Source of the DNA: Ramazzottius varieornatus | Lineage: Eukaryota > Animalia > Tardigrada | Assembly: GCA_001949185.1 (NCBI GenBank) | Contig: BDGG01000001.1 | Location: 3,427,324-3,491,323 of the forward strand | Direction: 5' to 3' | DNA: 64,000 bases | Part shown: positions 24,068 through 36,829 of the stretch, in pieces | Position numbering within the stretch: the first letter of the stretch is position 1 | Layout: the number at the start of each line of letters is the position of its first letter | Program-made: the position numbers and the translations under genes | Notes under the pieces: generated by a model | The model's database searches: none | What the model was told of the DNA's origin: nothing | Seen by the model: only the letters and a program-made list of their open reading frames with translations

Positions 24068-27000
24068 ATGGATTTTCACATCATCTTTAAATTCTTGGCT
24101 TTCTTTTCCTACAGTAAAAGTCTTTCGGGCCACGATCACATGGTAAGACAGACTCGTAATTATCGGTAAAAGTTGTATAACTGGAGAAAACATTCGAAAA
24201 GTTTGTTTGACGTATCGTGAAAGAAGAGTTGGTTGAAGTCGTTTTTTAGTTTGTGTCATATTCAACATCATCAAACTAACGTTACGGTATTTGCAGATTG
24301 TCAAGCGTCAGATGCCGACCATGGCGCCTTTCCCCATGAATCCCTTCAACCAAGGCATTCAACAGTCCGCCAGCTCCCTGATCAACAGAGTGCAGTCGAA
24401 CCTCAACCATAACCTCTTCGGACTACCTGCTCCAGCCAACCCGAACCCGACTTCTTCCTTCATATTTTCGACCTTGGCCACCCAGCCCACTCAGCGCTCC
24501 ACGACCACTCGGCCCACCGGGGTTTCGGGAGCCGCTCGCAATACCAGGATCACTACCAGCGCCGCAGTCACTCGTGGCAGACGCGAACTCCCAGAAGGCG
24601 GACTTGTCGATAGTGAAAACACGACTGCACTACCGGATCCCGAAGCTGAAACTGAAACTGCCACCGAGGCGACCTCTCCTGAAAGCCAAACCAACGAGAC
24701 GGAAGTGGTCGATGAAGCAGCGACGACAGAACCAGGCGTTTCGGAGGCGCAGACTGACGATGACCAATCGACCACTGAAACCACCGAAGAAACCACAACG
24801 GAAAACTCGGACGATATCCCAGTGTTGGATATTCCGGACAGATCGGGCTTCCCGAATGCTTTCCGAGCTAGCAGTTTCGGTCCGCTGACACCCAACTCGC
24901 TTCCCCTCGTCCTTGGGTCTAACATACGCGCCAATGGTGCGGAAAGCAGGGCGGTGGACCCATCACGCTCTGCCAATGTTTCGGTTACTGCCGTCAACTC
25001 CACCGTACCTTCGACGACTCTCTCTTCTACGACGACGAACTTCAGTTTGAGCATGACCAGGACTTCAGCGAATCCCGCGACAACAACGATAGCTGAAGAA
25101 ACGACGCGGTCTTCGACGAGGGGGCCACTGCCTTCTTCTCAAAGCAATATAACGCTGCCTCAGTTTGGCTCTACAACTAGCAATGGGTCCGGCTTGACCT
25201 TGCCGAGCACTTCAGCGTCTACGACAGAGTTATCAGTCTTCGAACAAAATAACTCGAATGACCAATCGAATACTACAAGTGCGTTGCTACAAATCACTGT
25301 TCAAACTATAAAGTAATCAGATATTCGGGGTATTTCTACATACGTTTTTCTCGGTAGACTTTTTGCGCATTGGCTTCACACAAGAACCCATCACCGGCGT
25401 GTATCCCACCAACACGACCCGACTCACTGTCTTCGGCCTTTTCAATCGAACACAGAATGCTACTGACGTTCCTGCACCAACCACCACTGATTTCCCTATT
25501 GACGGGTCTTCCACCTCACCTGATGAGGTCAACACCGGCACTTTATCCACTACCGAAGAACCTTTCAGCTCCATCGTCTCCGACGACTTTAGTGGTTCCT
25601 TCAACGTGACCAGCGACGACCTCAGTCTGGTCAATGAGGTAGACAACAGCACAATCCCGACGAGCACTGCGTTCTCCCGGGAACCTATCACCGGACTGTA
25701 CCCCAACACCACCCGGATGACCGTCTTCAACCTAGGCCTGAATGGTACTGATGAGGGCAACTTTACAGTAGAGAACACCACGTCGTATGAAAGCTTGTTC
25801 GGCGTCACTGAAGCCCAGCCGGCGAACTACTCCGTCCCTCCGCGACGTGGCCACTATGTCAATGGAGAGTGGCAGTGGTTTGGTATCGAAGAACAGTCGA
25901 ATGCCACAGGAAGTCCTTCGCTGGGAAACGTGACGCTTCTCAGCCAGCTAACGCAAGAAGACAACGACATGCTGGAGAATAAGACGTCCGGTTCCAGTCA
26001 AAACCTGAAACAGTCGCAAATTCAGCAAGACCTAACCGACGACGATATCCTTACGAGACTGAACACTTCGCTCGGAAACACGCCTACAAACAATACGGCG
26101 AATTTCTCGAGCTCAGCCTATGGAAACGTTTTCGAAGACTTCAACGAGATGTTCAACGAGAACTTACCGCAGGCGAGTACCTCAAAAAACTTCTCCTTCC
26201 TCAACGCGACGTCGAGCACAACCACCATTCCTCCGGTAGACTTCCTCCCAGCAGATCGCTTTGAGGGCAACCCGTTTCCCGTATTGTCTGCACAAAATCA
26301 TACGAGCATCAGCCTCGTCAAGTCTTTCAGTACTACTGCAAGTACCGCAAGTACCACCGTGACTAACAGTAGACCATCTGTATCGACGAGTGCCGCCACC
26401 AGTAGATCGTCCCCATCTTCGACTACACAACGGTCAACGTCGAACAGTCAGAGTACTTCGGTCCGTCCCGTCTCATCGTCCACCACAGTAGAATCCACAG
26501 CGAATACGACTCCCAAGTCGAGCGGCGCGCAGGATGAAGACGCCTTTGCCCCTTGGGCTTGGAGCTTTGACTGGTCCGCACCCCAGACAAATCCGACTGC
26601 AGTATCAGCTACCAGGACCGCTAGTACCTCACGAGGATCGGTAGGCAGTACCAAAAACCCTGTTACAGCTGTCTCGACGCTGAAAAGGAGTAGTATAGCG
26701 ACCACAGAGAGAACTGTGTCTCTTTCCGGACAAAGCGGGTCCGCCCGTCAGAGTTCTCCGTCAGCTTCCTCCTTTAGTACTCCCTTCCTGTCTTCAACGA
26801 CTCAAGCTAGGAGAGACGCATCGTCCCTTAGGCCTTTAGACCAGAAGATCAACAGGAATGCTGACGGGTTCGCTGCCCAACAGTCGGATGATGCCTTTGA
26901 GTTCTCGCAACGCAGCCTGCTGATACCAGTTCTTGCGAACGGTAAGTGCTGCCACCTGGTAAAATGTGAAGCAACATAGAAGTCTCAAAAGTTTTATGTT

Positions 27001-28023
27001 AATCGCGAAAAAAACCACTACAAAGTGAAAAATCTGAAATAAGGTTTTGGGTCTGGCAGGGACCGAATGGGGAACAGAACAAAAACCGCAGTTGGAAATC
27101 CTGGCCCCTCCTACGGTCCGACCAGTGCCTCGGTACGCAGCAACCTCTTCATACGTCCCAGCTGATCCTGCCGATGAGAAACTATTCTGGAGCTTGGTTC
27201 CAAAACCTTTGAACGCAGCTCAAGTCGCAAGGCTGAAGTCGACTACGAATCGCCTAAAACAGTACCCAACGTTCACTCAGCCCCAGCGAACTTCGTTCAG
27301 CTGCCGCAATGTGAAGCCTGGCTGGTAAGAAATGTCTTTCATGGTGCTGGTACTTTGCAAAATGTATTCGTTTTCCATGCTGTAAGGTTTCTTCTTTCAG
27401 GTACGCCGATCCGGAAACTGGATGTCAAGGTTTCACTCGATGTGATATCCACGGCGGACAGTACAGGTTTGTTTGCGCTCCTGGAACCCTCTTCAGCCAG
27501 ATAACCCAGGTCTGCGATTACTGGTATAACGTGGACTGTTTAGAGTAAGTTACACTTCGTATCACGGGTTTTTCTGATTTCGGGGTAAGAGAGACGAAAC
27601 CGGGACGGGTTTGGTTTTAGCCAAGTGAGGTACGCGGATTATATAAACTCCCGGCTGTATCGCAACTTCGGTCGGAGTGAACAGAGTGCGCCAGCTGAAC
27701 GATCAGGTCCTGTATTAACGAGCGCTAGTGACGGAAACGGGCCAAGTTCAACTTTGCAGCCCATCAAAACCTCTGTGAGCTCAACACTCACAGTCAGTTC
27801 CACCACGCTGCGTCCAACGACCAGCCAAGCATTCACCACGACGTCCGGATCGCCAAAGATAATCACCTCTTCGACACGCATCCCAGAGTTGATTCGACCC
27901 GTCAATGTCACGACTGTTGCCAACCTATTAACCGCGAATTCTACCGTAAGTTCGACGACGGTCGTACCGGGTACTTCGGCTGTCACAACAACTCTTGATA
28001 CTGCCGGTATCGAAGAACCTTAA
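24068..28023 (+). CDS. Secreted mucin-like Ser/Thr-rich protein with one peritrophin-A (CBM14) chitin-binding domain, 6 exons
   Basis: Signal-like exon MDFHIIFKFLAFFSYSKSLSG; long S/T/N-rich exons (about 24297-25278 and 25358-26941); CBM14 TSFSCRNVKPGW|YADPETGCQGFTRCDIHGGQYRFVCAPGTLFSQITQVCDYWYNVDC (about 27290-27545); Thr-rich tail ending at 28023. Confidence 0.88.
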
Positions 28024-28453
28024 ATACTGTGAAACCTAACGAAGTCTTGCATCAAAAGTCCCACCATAACCTCAATCCTTGCAATCGAAGACCTTCTCTA
28101 CCGGTTACTTCTTTCATTCGGTCTTCCGTTTGTTACTCTGTTCCGTCCGTTCACATTGACATAAGTTATTGTTAAAGGTTTGAAAGTTTGAGACAAAACT
28201 ACTTGTTCTATCTCGGTGGTGAACAACTAACAACCGAAAACCCGATAAGTTGAATACAGTGTACGACAAGATTAACCGTTAGAAATGGGCGTAACACTCC
28301 AGCTGAGCTTACTTACGAGTCAGCCAATGAGAATTAGGTTTTGCTGCAAGCGCAAATTTCCTTGGCTTTGACCATCTGGCTCCATACACCCATTTTTAAC
28401 GGTTTATTCTGTCGTACACTGTACCAAGTTATTCTTGTCAGTAAGTGGAAGAA

Positions 28454-29428
28454 CTAGTTGTCTAAGTCTAAGTCTATCTCGCACCAAGGCGATCCCTTTT
28501 GGGGCTCGCTGGAAAATGTGTCTTGACCACCACAGTCCCAAAAGCCGAAACCACCGCCTCGTCTGTTGAGTCCGCCACACCGACCGGTGTCTCTTAGAGC
28601 TGCCGCGTCTATCACTGGAAGAACAAGCCAAAACACTGTGAAAATTCGCTGAGTCCGCGCAGTATGTACACGCATGACGATGCACTCCCGTAGGGGGTTG
28701 AACAGGCAGTAAAGCCGGACCGGGGCTTTACTTCACGTGTACGATGACCTGTGCGCGGACGCAGCGAGTTTTCACAGTACTCTAATTTCATTCAGCACGA
28801 AATCAACTCTAAATGCTGAAAAAAAACCACGGACGGCAGACCTACCTCTGTTCAGATCAGAATCTTTGGTAACAGCCTGCGTGCTGGGCAGAATCCAGCT
28901 CTTGTCGTAGCCATCAAACGGCTTGAGCATACCGATCCAAGGTCCATTCCACCACGGGTAGTTCATGGCTAAACGATACCGATTCGATCGAAATATTCGT
29001 CTAGATCTGTTATTAATATTATTTTTTGGTATGAATGTTAGTGGGTTGATGCAATCTGGATCGTACCTTTACCTGTGGCTGTAATGTATTTGTACTCCGA
29101 TAGTGTATTAAACTCTACAAGGTGGGCCTTTAAACTATGGCAAAAAGCTATCGCATCGTAGTATGTCAGTCTGCAAAAGCAAGTTTAGTCGTTGCAGTAT
29201 TTTCATCATGTATTTATCCCTGAAGGAAACGAGTTCGTAGTAAATAACACGCGCACGAAAGTACCTGGTCCATGCGGTTCCCGCAAAATAGCAGCTCTTA
29301 CTGTGTTTGACCCAGCCATAAGGACAGGCTCTATCACCCCGAACCAGGAAGAAGTTACCGCAAAAGACAAGGAAGACTCCAGCCAAAATATGGGTTTTCA
29401 GAGAGCTGGACCGGGCTGCTGACGTCAT
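28454..29428 (-). CDS. Secreted C-type lectin-like domain protein A, 4 exons
   Basis: Signal peptide; CPYGWVKHSKSCYF..|LTYYDAIAFCHSLKAHLVEFNTLSEY..|..PWIGM..|..CGGLNRRGGGFGFWDC..GSPWCEIDL. Confidence 0.88.
28635..28778. mobile_element. MITE-like hairpin element, copy 2 (inside lectin A intron 3)
   Basis: TIR ACTGTGAAAATTCGCTGAGTCCGCGCA / TGCGCGGACGCAGCGAGTTTTCACAGT; internal sequence (CCCGTAGGGGGTTG, GGACCGGGGCT..TACTTCAC..TGTACGATGAC) shared with 16612-16760. Confidence 0.8.
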
Positions 29429-30488
29429 AATGTTTTACGGGTTGCGAAGGACAACGCCAAATAATATTTACAGTATTCAAATAACGGCTGTAAAAACTGT
29501 ACTATCCGAGCAAAGATATAACTGAACCAACATTCTTCCAGATCGAAAGATTTTACGATAAGGACATCGTACTTCTACTGTACGCTGTAAGAACAGCCGC
29601 GTTCAAAATGACGTACAGGAAAACACTCCACGGCAGACTAGTTTGGAAATTTCATATTCTGTTTTAGTATACCACATACATCCGTCGAGTTCTATTTTTA
29701 AACTTCAGTTTGCAGTACGAGACTTTGCGAGTCATCAGACATGATAAGAACGGAAGTCAAGCAGAAAACTTTGAATCGATATCTGTCTTTCTCTGTGGTT
29801 CGCACAATCGTGCCCATCGTCTTCGACAAGGAGCCATCCGTCACGTGCGCGGAGCATTGTGAGGTAAAACTGCGTCCATCGCTCCAAAGATCCTCTTTTC
29901 AGATGCCGAGTTTTTGTAAAGATTTTGTCTCAAAACTGCCTAAAAGACCCGAACGCGAGCAGCGGTGCTCACATCCTGTGATCTTTCGCCAACCCTAGCG
30001 AGTTCCTATAGATCAAGTACCTGATGCTGACCGTCTTGTTGAATGTTGATACCATGTACTGCAAACAGATGACCGCGAAGAAGAACAATAATTTGTATGC
30101 ACTTAGCAGATAAAACAAGCTCGCTTAAGTGCTCGCTCGGAGGATTAGCGCCAAGAATATTATAACGCGTCTAACTAGAATAAAACGATTGAACCGTGAT
30201 AAACCGCCACAGCTTAGCTTCACCTTCATGAGGCAAAACTCATGATCGGAAATTCTGCCAAGAAAACAACGACCGAAGTAAATTGTGGATAAAGTAAATA
30301 CGACCATGTGAGGTAAACATGATACCATCAACATCTTGGTCTAAAAGAAACAAACGCTGCTCCTCTTGCGGCTTATTTTCTTTCCGAAGTATTGCACAAG
30401 TGAGAATACTGTGCTGCCCTCTAGCGCCGCCCATGCGTTTACCAATTTTGGATTATTGATCTCAAGAATTCTTTTGTACTTTAGAACA

Positions 30489-32229
30489 ATGGACAAATCG
30501 TCTCTCATATTTAGATATCTGTTTCTTTTGTCCCCGTTGTTCTTGTCGATCGTTCAGGGCATTGAAATACATCATGCTGGTCGAAACGCACCTGCTGTAA
30601 CCGTATCAAACAATTCAAGGACCTCCGCGCTGCTTCAGAATAGTGCTCCGCAGGATGTCCACTGGACTTACAAAGGAGAGAGCGGTGAGTAGCGTTTCCC
30701 AGTGAGAATGTGAGAGAAGACTAGTCTTTTTCTTCTAACGGTTAGGATATTCTTGTCTGCAACAAGCGTCCCCTCTTTGCAGAGCACGAACTTCCGGTCG
30801 CCCAATGGGCATCGAAGTACCCGAAGTGCGACGGAAGAAGGCAATCGCCAATCATGTTCGACATGAAGTATGCCTTCAAGGATACCGACTTGAGGAGGTT
30901 AACTCTGGTCGACTACGATGACGCACCAGTTAAGGATCAGTGGTCCGTCACCAACAATGGCCACGTTGGTAAGTTCCTGTTTGGCTCCTTGATGCCCTCT
31001 TCCGGTAGAAGAATGAGGCTTACTTTACTACGGGGAACACTATTTTTCCTTATCTTAAGCTTGTTTCTGTTTGTAGTTCAGTTTTCGGGGTATTTCAGGA
31101 CTCCTCCACAACTTCAAGGAGGTAATCTTCCTGGCAAGTACATATTCGAGCAGATGCACTTCCACTGGGGATCCAACGCAACGCTCGGATCAGAACATCT
31201 GGTCGACCAGAAGAGCTTTCCACTAGAGGTCAGTCACATGGGCCACGGGCCTTTTTTGCTTTCCTTTTATCCGGATATCCCGAGATTATCCCACCAAAAT
31301 TATAGCCATTCTTCGAAGTATTTTTCTGAATGGGTACTTCACCACGTACGTAGGTTCACCTGGTCCACCGGAGGAAGAACGAGACGATGGAGGAAGCAGT
31401 AGAGAATGCCGTAGGCCTAGCCGTTATTGGCGTCATGTTCGAAGTAGCAAAGACCCGGGAAGCTCCCAGTCGCCATATGGAAGGTATGATTAAAGACTAA
31501 TAACCCGACAGAAAAACAAAATCCGGAAGCAATTTAGAAGACAGTTTAGCAATTATTTATGGTGTTGCAGATATTGTCAACGCGGTCAGAAAGGTCACAC
31601 AACCAGGTTGGTTTTACCGGTGACGTAACCATCACCGATTTTTATTTCTCTGATTTATTATCGTCTACGGTTAATTCTTGTCAGGAACGACACTAAATGT
31701 CACATTGCCGTACTTCTCTCTAAACGAGCTGGTACCGAACGCCAATCAGTCCTACTTCCGGTACCTGGGTTCGCTAACGACTCCTCCCTGTCACGAAGCG
31801 GTACTGTGGACTGTAATGATGGAACCCCTGAAGGTGACCGAGAGCCAGATGAACGTCTTCCGGTCAGTCCTACGCACCAGCACGGGTGAATCAGGCTCTC
31901 GAGCCACGGCCAGGTTCCTCACCGACAACTTCCGCCCTGTACAGCCTCTGTACGACAGGAATATTACCTACTACACTCCTCCAGAGGACGAAGAAGGCAT
32001 ACTGCGGGAAGCAGGAATCAACAGGATTAACATACAACGAGTAATCAAGCCTAACCCGGAGAACACTCGAATGGCCACGGATACTCATGGCATAGCGGGC
32101 CCAGCTGCTGTTGCTGCCGGTCCGACCACAAGACGAAGAGGAAGAAATTCCGCAGAAAATATCCACTCCAAAGCTGCATTCAAAGCTCTTATCCTGGCAG
32201 CTATAGCCGGTCTGATTATTTGCCTGTGA
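30489..32229 (+). CDS. Alpha carbonic anhydrase, secreted and probably GPI-anchored
   Basis: Signal peptide; HWTY; RQSPI; NNGH; QMHFHWG..GSEH..FPLE|VHLVH (three Zn-binding His intact); YFRYLGSLTTPPCHEAVLWTV; DNFRPVQPL; hydrophobic C-terminus. Confidence 0.93.
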
Positions 32230-32640
32230 CGCAGATGTGTGATTTAGAGTGGAAGCTCGGCTTTGTGTTTCAAGTGCGCATAGTCAACGCGTAATTTACT
32301 ACCCAATAATTCGCTATCGGCAAGGTACAAACTCCTACCGCCTCGTTCACCGGGAGTACACAGAGTGCCCAAGTTAGTATTCTAATCGATAGCTGACCAT
32401 AAATTGGTTCTCAGAAGTTTCCTCCCATATTGCTCTGACCACAAAAGGATATTAAAACAAGATCTGCCAGTAATAACTCAATTCACCCATTCATGATACT
32501 ATGTATTACTTATAACAAGATAATAGGAATAACCGAAAAATCCGGCAAATGGCAAATGACGGACTACGGATCGTTTAGGAGGTGAGTTGATCAAAACGAT
32601 CGTTACTGTGTCAAAAGAACAGATCAATTTTCGCAGGAGA

Positions 32641-34269
32641 TCATTCGTAATTTGAGGCCGGCTGGGATCGAGCCATGCAAGTTTGCTGTCGGCCTCCGGA
32701 CCTGTCCAGCTTCCCGTGTTTTACCGCAACGATGTTGTCGTACCTTCCGCTTGAGACCATTCGAACAACGGTTGTTTCACAGGCGACTTGAACCAGCTCT
32801 AGAAGAATAAAAATGACCAAAATCTAGGCGTATCCAAGAGCCGAGCTTTATAACGGTTCGACACACCTGTTGATTTCTTTATTCCACAGAATCGATGATG
32901 GTATGGGCTCATTTTGTGCAATGACCATGTGGCTCCTCCAAGAACTATAAATGGAACTTTCTTTTACGACCGATCGCAACCTAACGTTTCGTACAGTCAG
33001 ATCGTCATAATCGTTTGAGGCAACTACCTTCGATATAATCGCCGATGGGACACTGCGAATTCTCCCGGCTCTGTAATTAAGAACAACGGGGATGGTAGCT
33101 AGTTCAGTGTTGTTGACCTTGTGATATGTACAGCAGAGATAGTTACCTGTAAGAGCTTCTGAAGGAGAGATAATTTCTTTGGGCGAGGCAAGCGTGACTG
33201 CAAAGCCCGACGCCGGTTCATCCTTCGACTGTTTCCGACACTCATGTAGGGCAGGAAGATATTCTGGGGATGGATTATCATGACACTACAATTTAGGCGC
33301 TGCCGAAAATTACGCATCACGAAGAAGCCCTCATCTCCCTGCGCGACTTGGTTGCATGCTACAAAAAATAGGGAAGGGTGTTATGGTAAATTAGTTCGAA
33401 TTTTCCGAACCTGAGTCGGTCATTAGAATGGGCCAAATGATCCAAAGACTTACGTCGGGGATTTCTTTGAAATGTAACTCGGACTGTGAATCGGTCTCCT
33501 GGCGCAAGCTTGTACTGGATAAGGGCGAAATTGCCCGAAGAAACAAAGGAAAGCAGCGGGTGAGACTCACCGCAGTAGGTGTTGTACTGGTTCTTGGCGT
33601 CTTCAGCAGAAAGGTCGCTGGCAGCAGGGAAGGTACTTCCCGCTTGTTCCCATCCGTCTAGAACCTATTATATCCGCGAAAACTGTTCGTGGAAATTTTC
33701 AAGAGTCTTCCGAATGTCATGCGGCAGGAAGGGCCGGAAAATGTCAAGGGCTTGAGGTGTTCTTACCGCAACAAGGCTTCCTTTGTCGCAATGTGCCTCG
33801 AACTGCACAAACTCCACAGTAATACGGGTGTCGAGCTCCCCGATTAGGTAAAGGCCACATGTGGTATCAGAAGTTCCCTTGATGCCGGCTGTTAGCACTC
33901 CTTCTTCTGACTGGAAATGTATACAATCCAAACCTAAAACAAAAGACGAACTATTATAAGGGTCCTAAGAGGGAATAGTCTCCCCCCAAATATTATCTGG
34001 ACGATCCTTACTTTCTACCGGTGGCAAAACTAAACGGTCCAGATCTATCACCTCTCCTTTTCCGATGACTGTCTACTCAACAAAAGTAACAGTCTTAACA
34101 TGAGTCTTGTTCAACGACAACTTTGAGACAGGCTCGACCCTTGAACTTATGTTTGCCAGAGCACCAAGGATTACTTTACCTGGTTCGAAAGGTCGAGAAG
34201 CCATAAGAACAGAAAGGTCACGAGCAAGCACAAGGACCGTGAAGTTCGTGAATTAAGGAAAACACTCAT
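32641..34269 (-). CDS. CRHBP: Corticotropin-releasing factor-binding protein homolog
   Basis: Signal MSVFLNSRTSRSLCLLVTFLFLW; DCIHFQSEEG..CGLYLIGELD..C; VLDGWEQAGSTFP..YCG..SSGNFALIQY; PCN..NCSVMIIHP; ACETTVVRMVSSGRYDN. These follow the recalled CRF-BP motifs DGW, PCN and CDNTVVRMVSSG. Confidence 0.9.
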
Positions 34270-35390
34270 AGCACAAGCGAAGTCACACTTATCCCAGCAA
34301 AAACCACTTGATGATCAACAATCGGTGCCAGTGGAACTTTTGTGTAGGAGTTAACTGTGGAACCGAAACAGACTGTAACAACAGTTGGGTCTCGAAAGGG
34401 CTATGCCGTTCTCGATACGGGGAGGTTGAATTTCTATTGAAAAAACTGTAGATTATCGAGGTTTTCAAAACGTAGTGGAGTCTCAGGAAGCAAAACGTAA
34501 CGTCCAGTTATCATTTCTTCCTGATACCAAATATGAGTGTACATACCTCAGTCGTCGCGTCGGCCAGGGCTTATAACGTGTTTCTGCAGAGTGGGAAGGA
34601 ACTGGTGCTCCTGTGCGGCATCAGTTGGGGGGTGAGACCCGATGTGTGCACGGGATGATAATTACGTAGGCGCGGAGTGTACGGTCGCCGAATCATATGT
34701 ACAGTTCAAACTCGATTGTACGTAGTAAGAAGGAACACAGTGCTAAGATCTTCCCACTCTGGCTTCTTCAGGCCCGCCTAACTATATCTTACGTGTACGA
34801 CTCCCTGCGATCTTCTGGTCCGTAACAATCTAACTAATGTACAGCCATGAAAAAGTCCCCTGCAGCGGCGGACCCGTGAGAAACGTGAGCCGAGCACGGA
34901 TCTCTGACGCAGGTCGCTACCAGAACGCTGGGACTTCCGTATGTGGACGAAATAGGTCAGTCGGAAGATGATACAATTACGACGCACAAAATGTCACTGG
35001 TTACGGAGACGATCAGCGGTTGCACGTCTTATCCCCAGTAGAAAAATGTAACCGGGGCGCATCCGTAGTGACGTGAACATTTCAAAATGAAAGAGACGGC
35101 TTAAGATACTGGAGGACAGGGTGGAAACCAAGTTTCTGTCTGCAGCAGCGCCATCTATGGGTGTGAGATGTGGGCAAATAGATTGAACCAGACACTCTTC
35201 CCAAGTGGCGCATAGTGCACCATCCAGCTGCTAACCACGAAAGAGGATATTCTGGTTCAGTTCCTTTTTCACGTTATTTTCGGGATTGCTCGTTATCGAT
35301 GCGTGTACACGAGTCCGAGAGCTCGAGAACCCGAGAAGTACCAGTTGATGTTGAATATACAAGGAGGCCGGCACGGAAATATCCACCGCC

Positions 35391-35455
35391 CATGGAGATA
35401 TCCACCGGGTCCTTATCTCATTTTTCAACGTAGAGACCCGGTGGATATCTCCATG
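35391..35455. repeat. Perfect 21-bp inverted repeat with 23-nt loop
   Basis: CATGGAGATATCCACCGGGTC (35391-35411) and GACCCGGTGGATATCTCCATG (35435-35455); partial extra copy GGAAATATCCACCG just upstream. Confidence 0.85.
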
Positions 35456-35975
35456 TCCGGTGTACACTTCCTTTCCGACCACCTCGACTAGCTGGCGTCA
35501 GTTTATGAGGCTATTCAGATTGAGGTATTTCCTACGATGGCCGGTGCAGTTGACCGCAAGCCGGCCGCCACATTACCTACACACGCATAACAAGGCTATC
35601 ATATTTCGTCTTCAGTGACAAAAAACGATATGTGGCTCGAGTGGCTCTTTTCTTTGAGAGTTCAAGAAACCGGCTGTCACGTTAATGCTGTAGGTTCTCT
35701 CTATTTTCATGCAGCAATAATACGAGGCCGTGGAACAAACTCATAACCATAATTGTAAGACACGGTCAGTGAACAAGTGATCTTCGTTCTAAAGATGCTG
35801 AATGATCAACTTGCCTTTGTGTCTCAGCACTTTGTTTCTGATTGCATAAACGCTTGATCTATCTACCATTGTAGCTGGCTGACGTTCCTCTAAATATAAC
35901 AACAGATCACGCGTACTTCGCAAAACTTCTGTCCCCAGATTAAGGTGTAGTTATTATACAGAAAACCTAGCAAAG

Positions 35976-36829
35976 ATGTATCCATGGATAACGGTGATCG
36001 CTGTTTTTGGTGGACTGATATTCGTGGAAGCGAAAGGTACATTTGGTCCACTGGTTATTCAGTCCTTGATGTTTGACTTCAGTATTTTTCTACGTAGAGC
36101 CATTAAACATCACCTGTAAAATGGACGCACGGGCAATCACTGTAGAAATCTATACCACGAGACCGCTCTACGACGTCCAGCTGAAAAACTCGGATCAAGG
36201 TACTGGAATATATACTGTATGAACCTGATTGTCTTATCTGGCACCAGGGCTTCCTATTACCTATTTTCCTTATAGCCTGTGACCCGCAAGAGTTCACAGA
36301 GAATTCCATCCGGTTCGTGATTCAAAACTACCAGCTCGGACGTTGCGGCTTCTCTCGCTCCACTGATTCACAAAACGGCTTGGACGGAACCTTCTGGAAC
36401 AACCTTCTATGGAAAGAGAAACCTCACTCAACCAAGACTAGCATAACTAAAATCAAGTGTGCCCACAAACTAAGCGAAATTCTTAAGAACGTTTCGCCGG
36501 TTATCCATATCCAGCTAGTCCCCATCCCAATGCCTTTCGGTGCCTTCCCCAATGCCTTCGGTCCTGGAGGCCCTGGCGCTTTTGGCTCCGGAGGACCAGG
36601 CGGAATGCCGCCCATGCCAGGTCCGGAACAGCTGGAAGGAGCTCCACCATCGCCTGGACTTGAAGCGTCCCATTCCGGTATGCCTTCCGGAATGATGTCT
36701 CCGTTCCCACCTGGCATCTCGGGAATGCCAGGAGGAATGGGTCCACGAATCATTTTCCTGCGGGGAGGTCCGCCACCCACAATGACCGGCGCGGCACCAG
36801 CCCCAGCTGAACTTCCCGTTGTTCAGTAG
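35976..36829 (+). CDS. Secreted protein with a single ZP-N-like 4-Cys domain and Gly/Pro/Met-rich tail, 3 exons
   Basis: MYPWITVIAVFGGLIFVEAK|EPLNITCKMDARAITVEIYT..|ACDP..IRFVIQNYQLGRCG..FWNNLLW..KIKCAH then PFGAFPNAFGPGGPGAFGSGGPGGMPPMPGP. Confidence 0.75.

Noticed and set aside
35145-35160. CTCF-like GCGCCATCTATGG motif (and a CRE-like TGACGTCA at 18097)
   Set aside because: Single short motifs are expected by chance in 64 kb.
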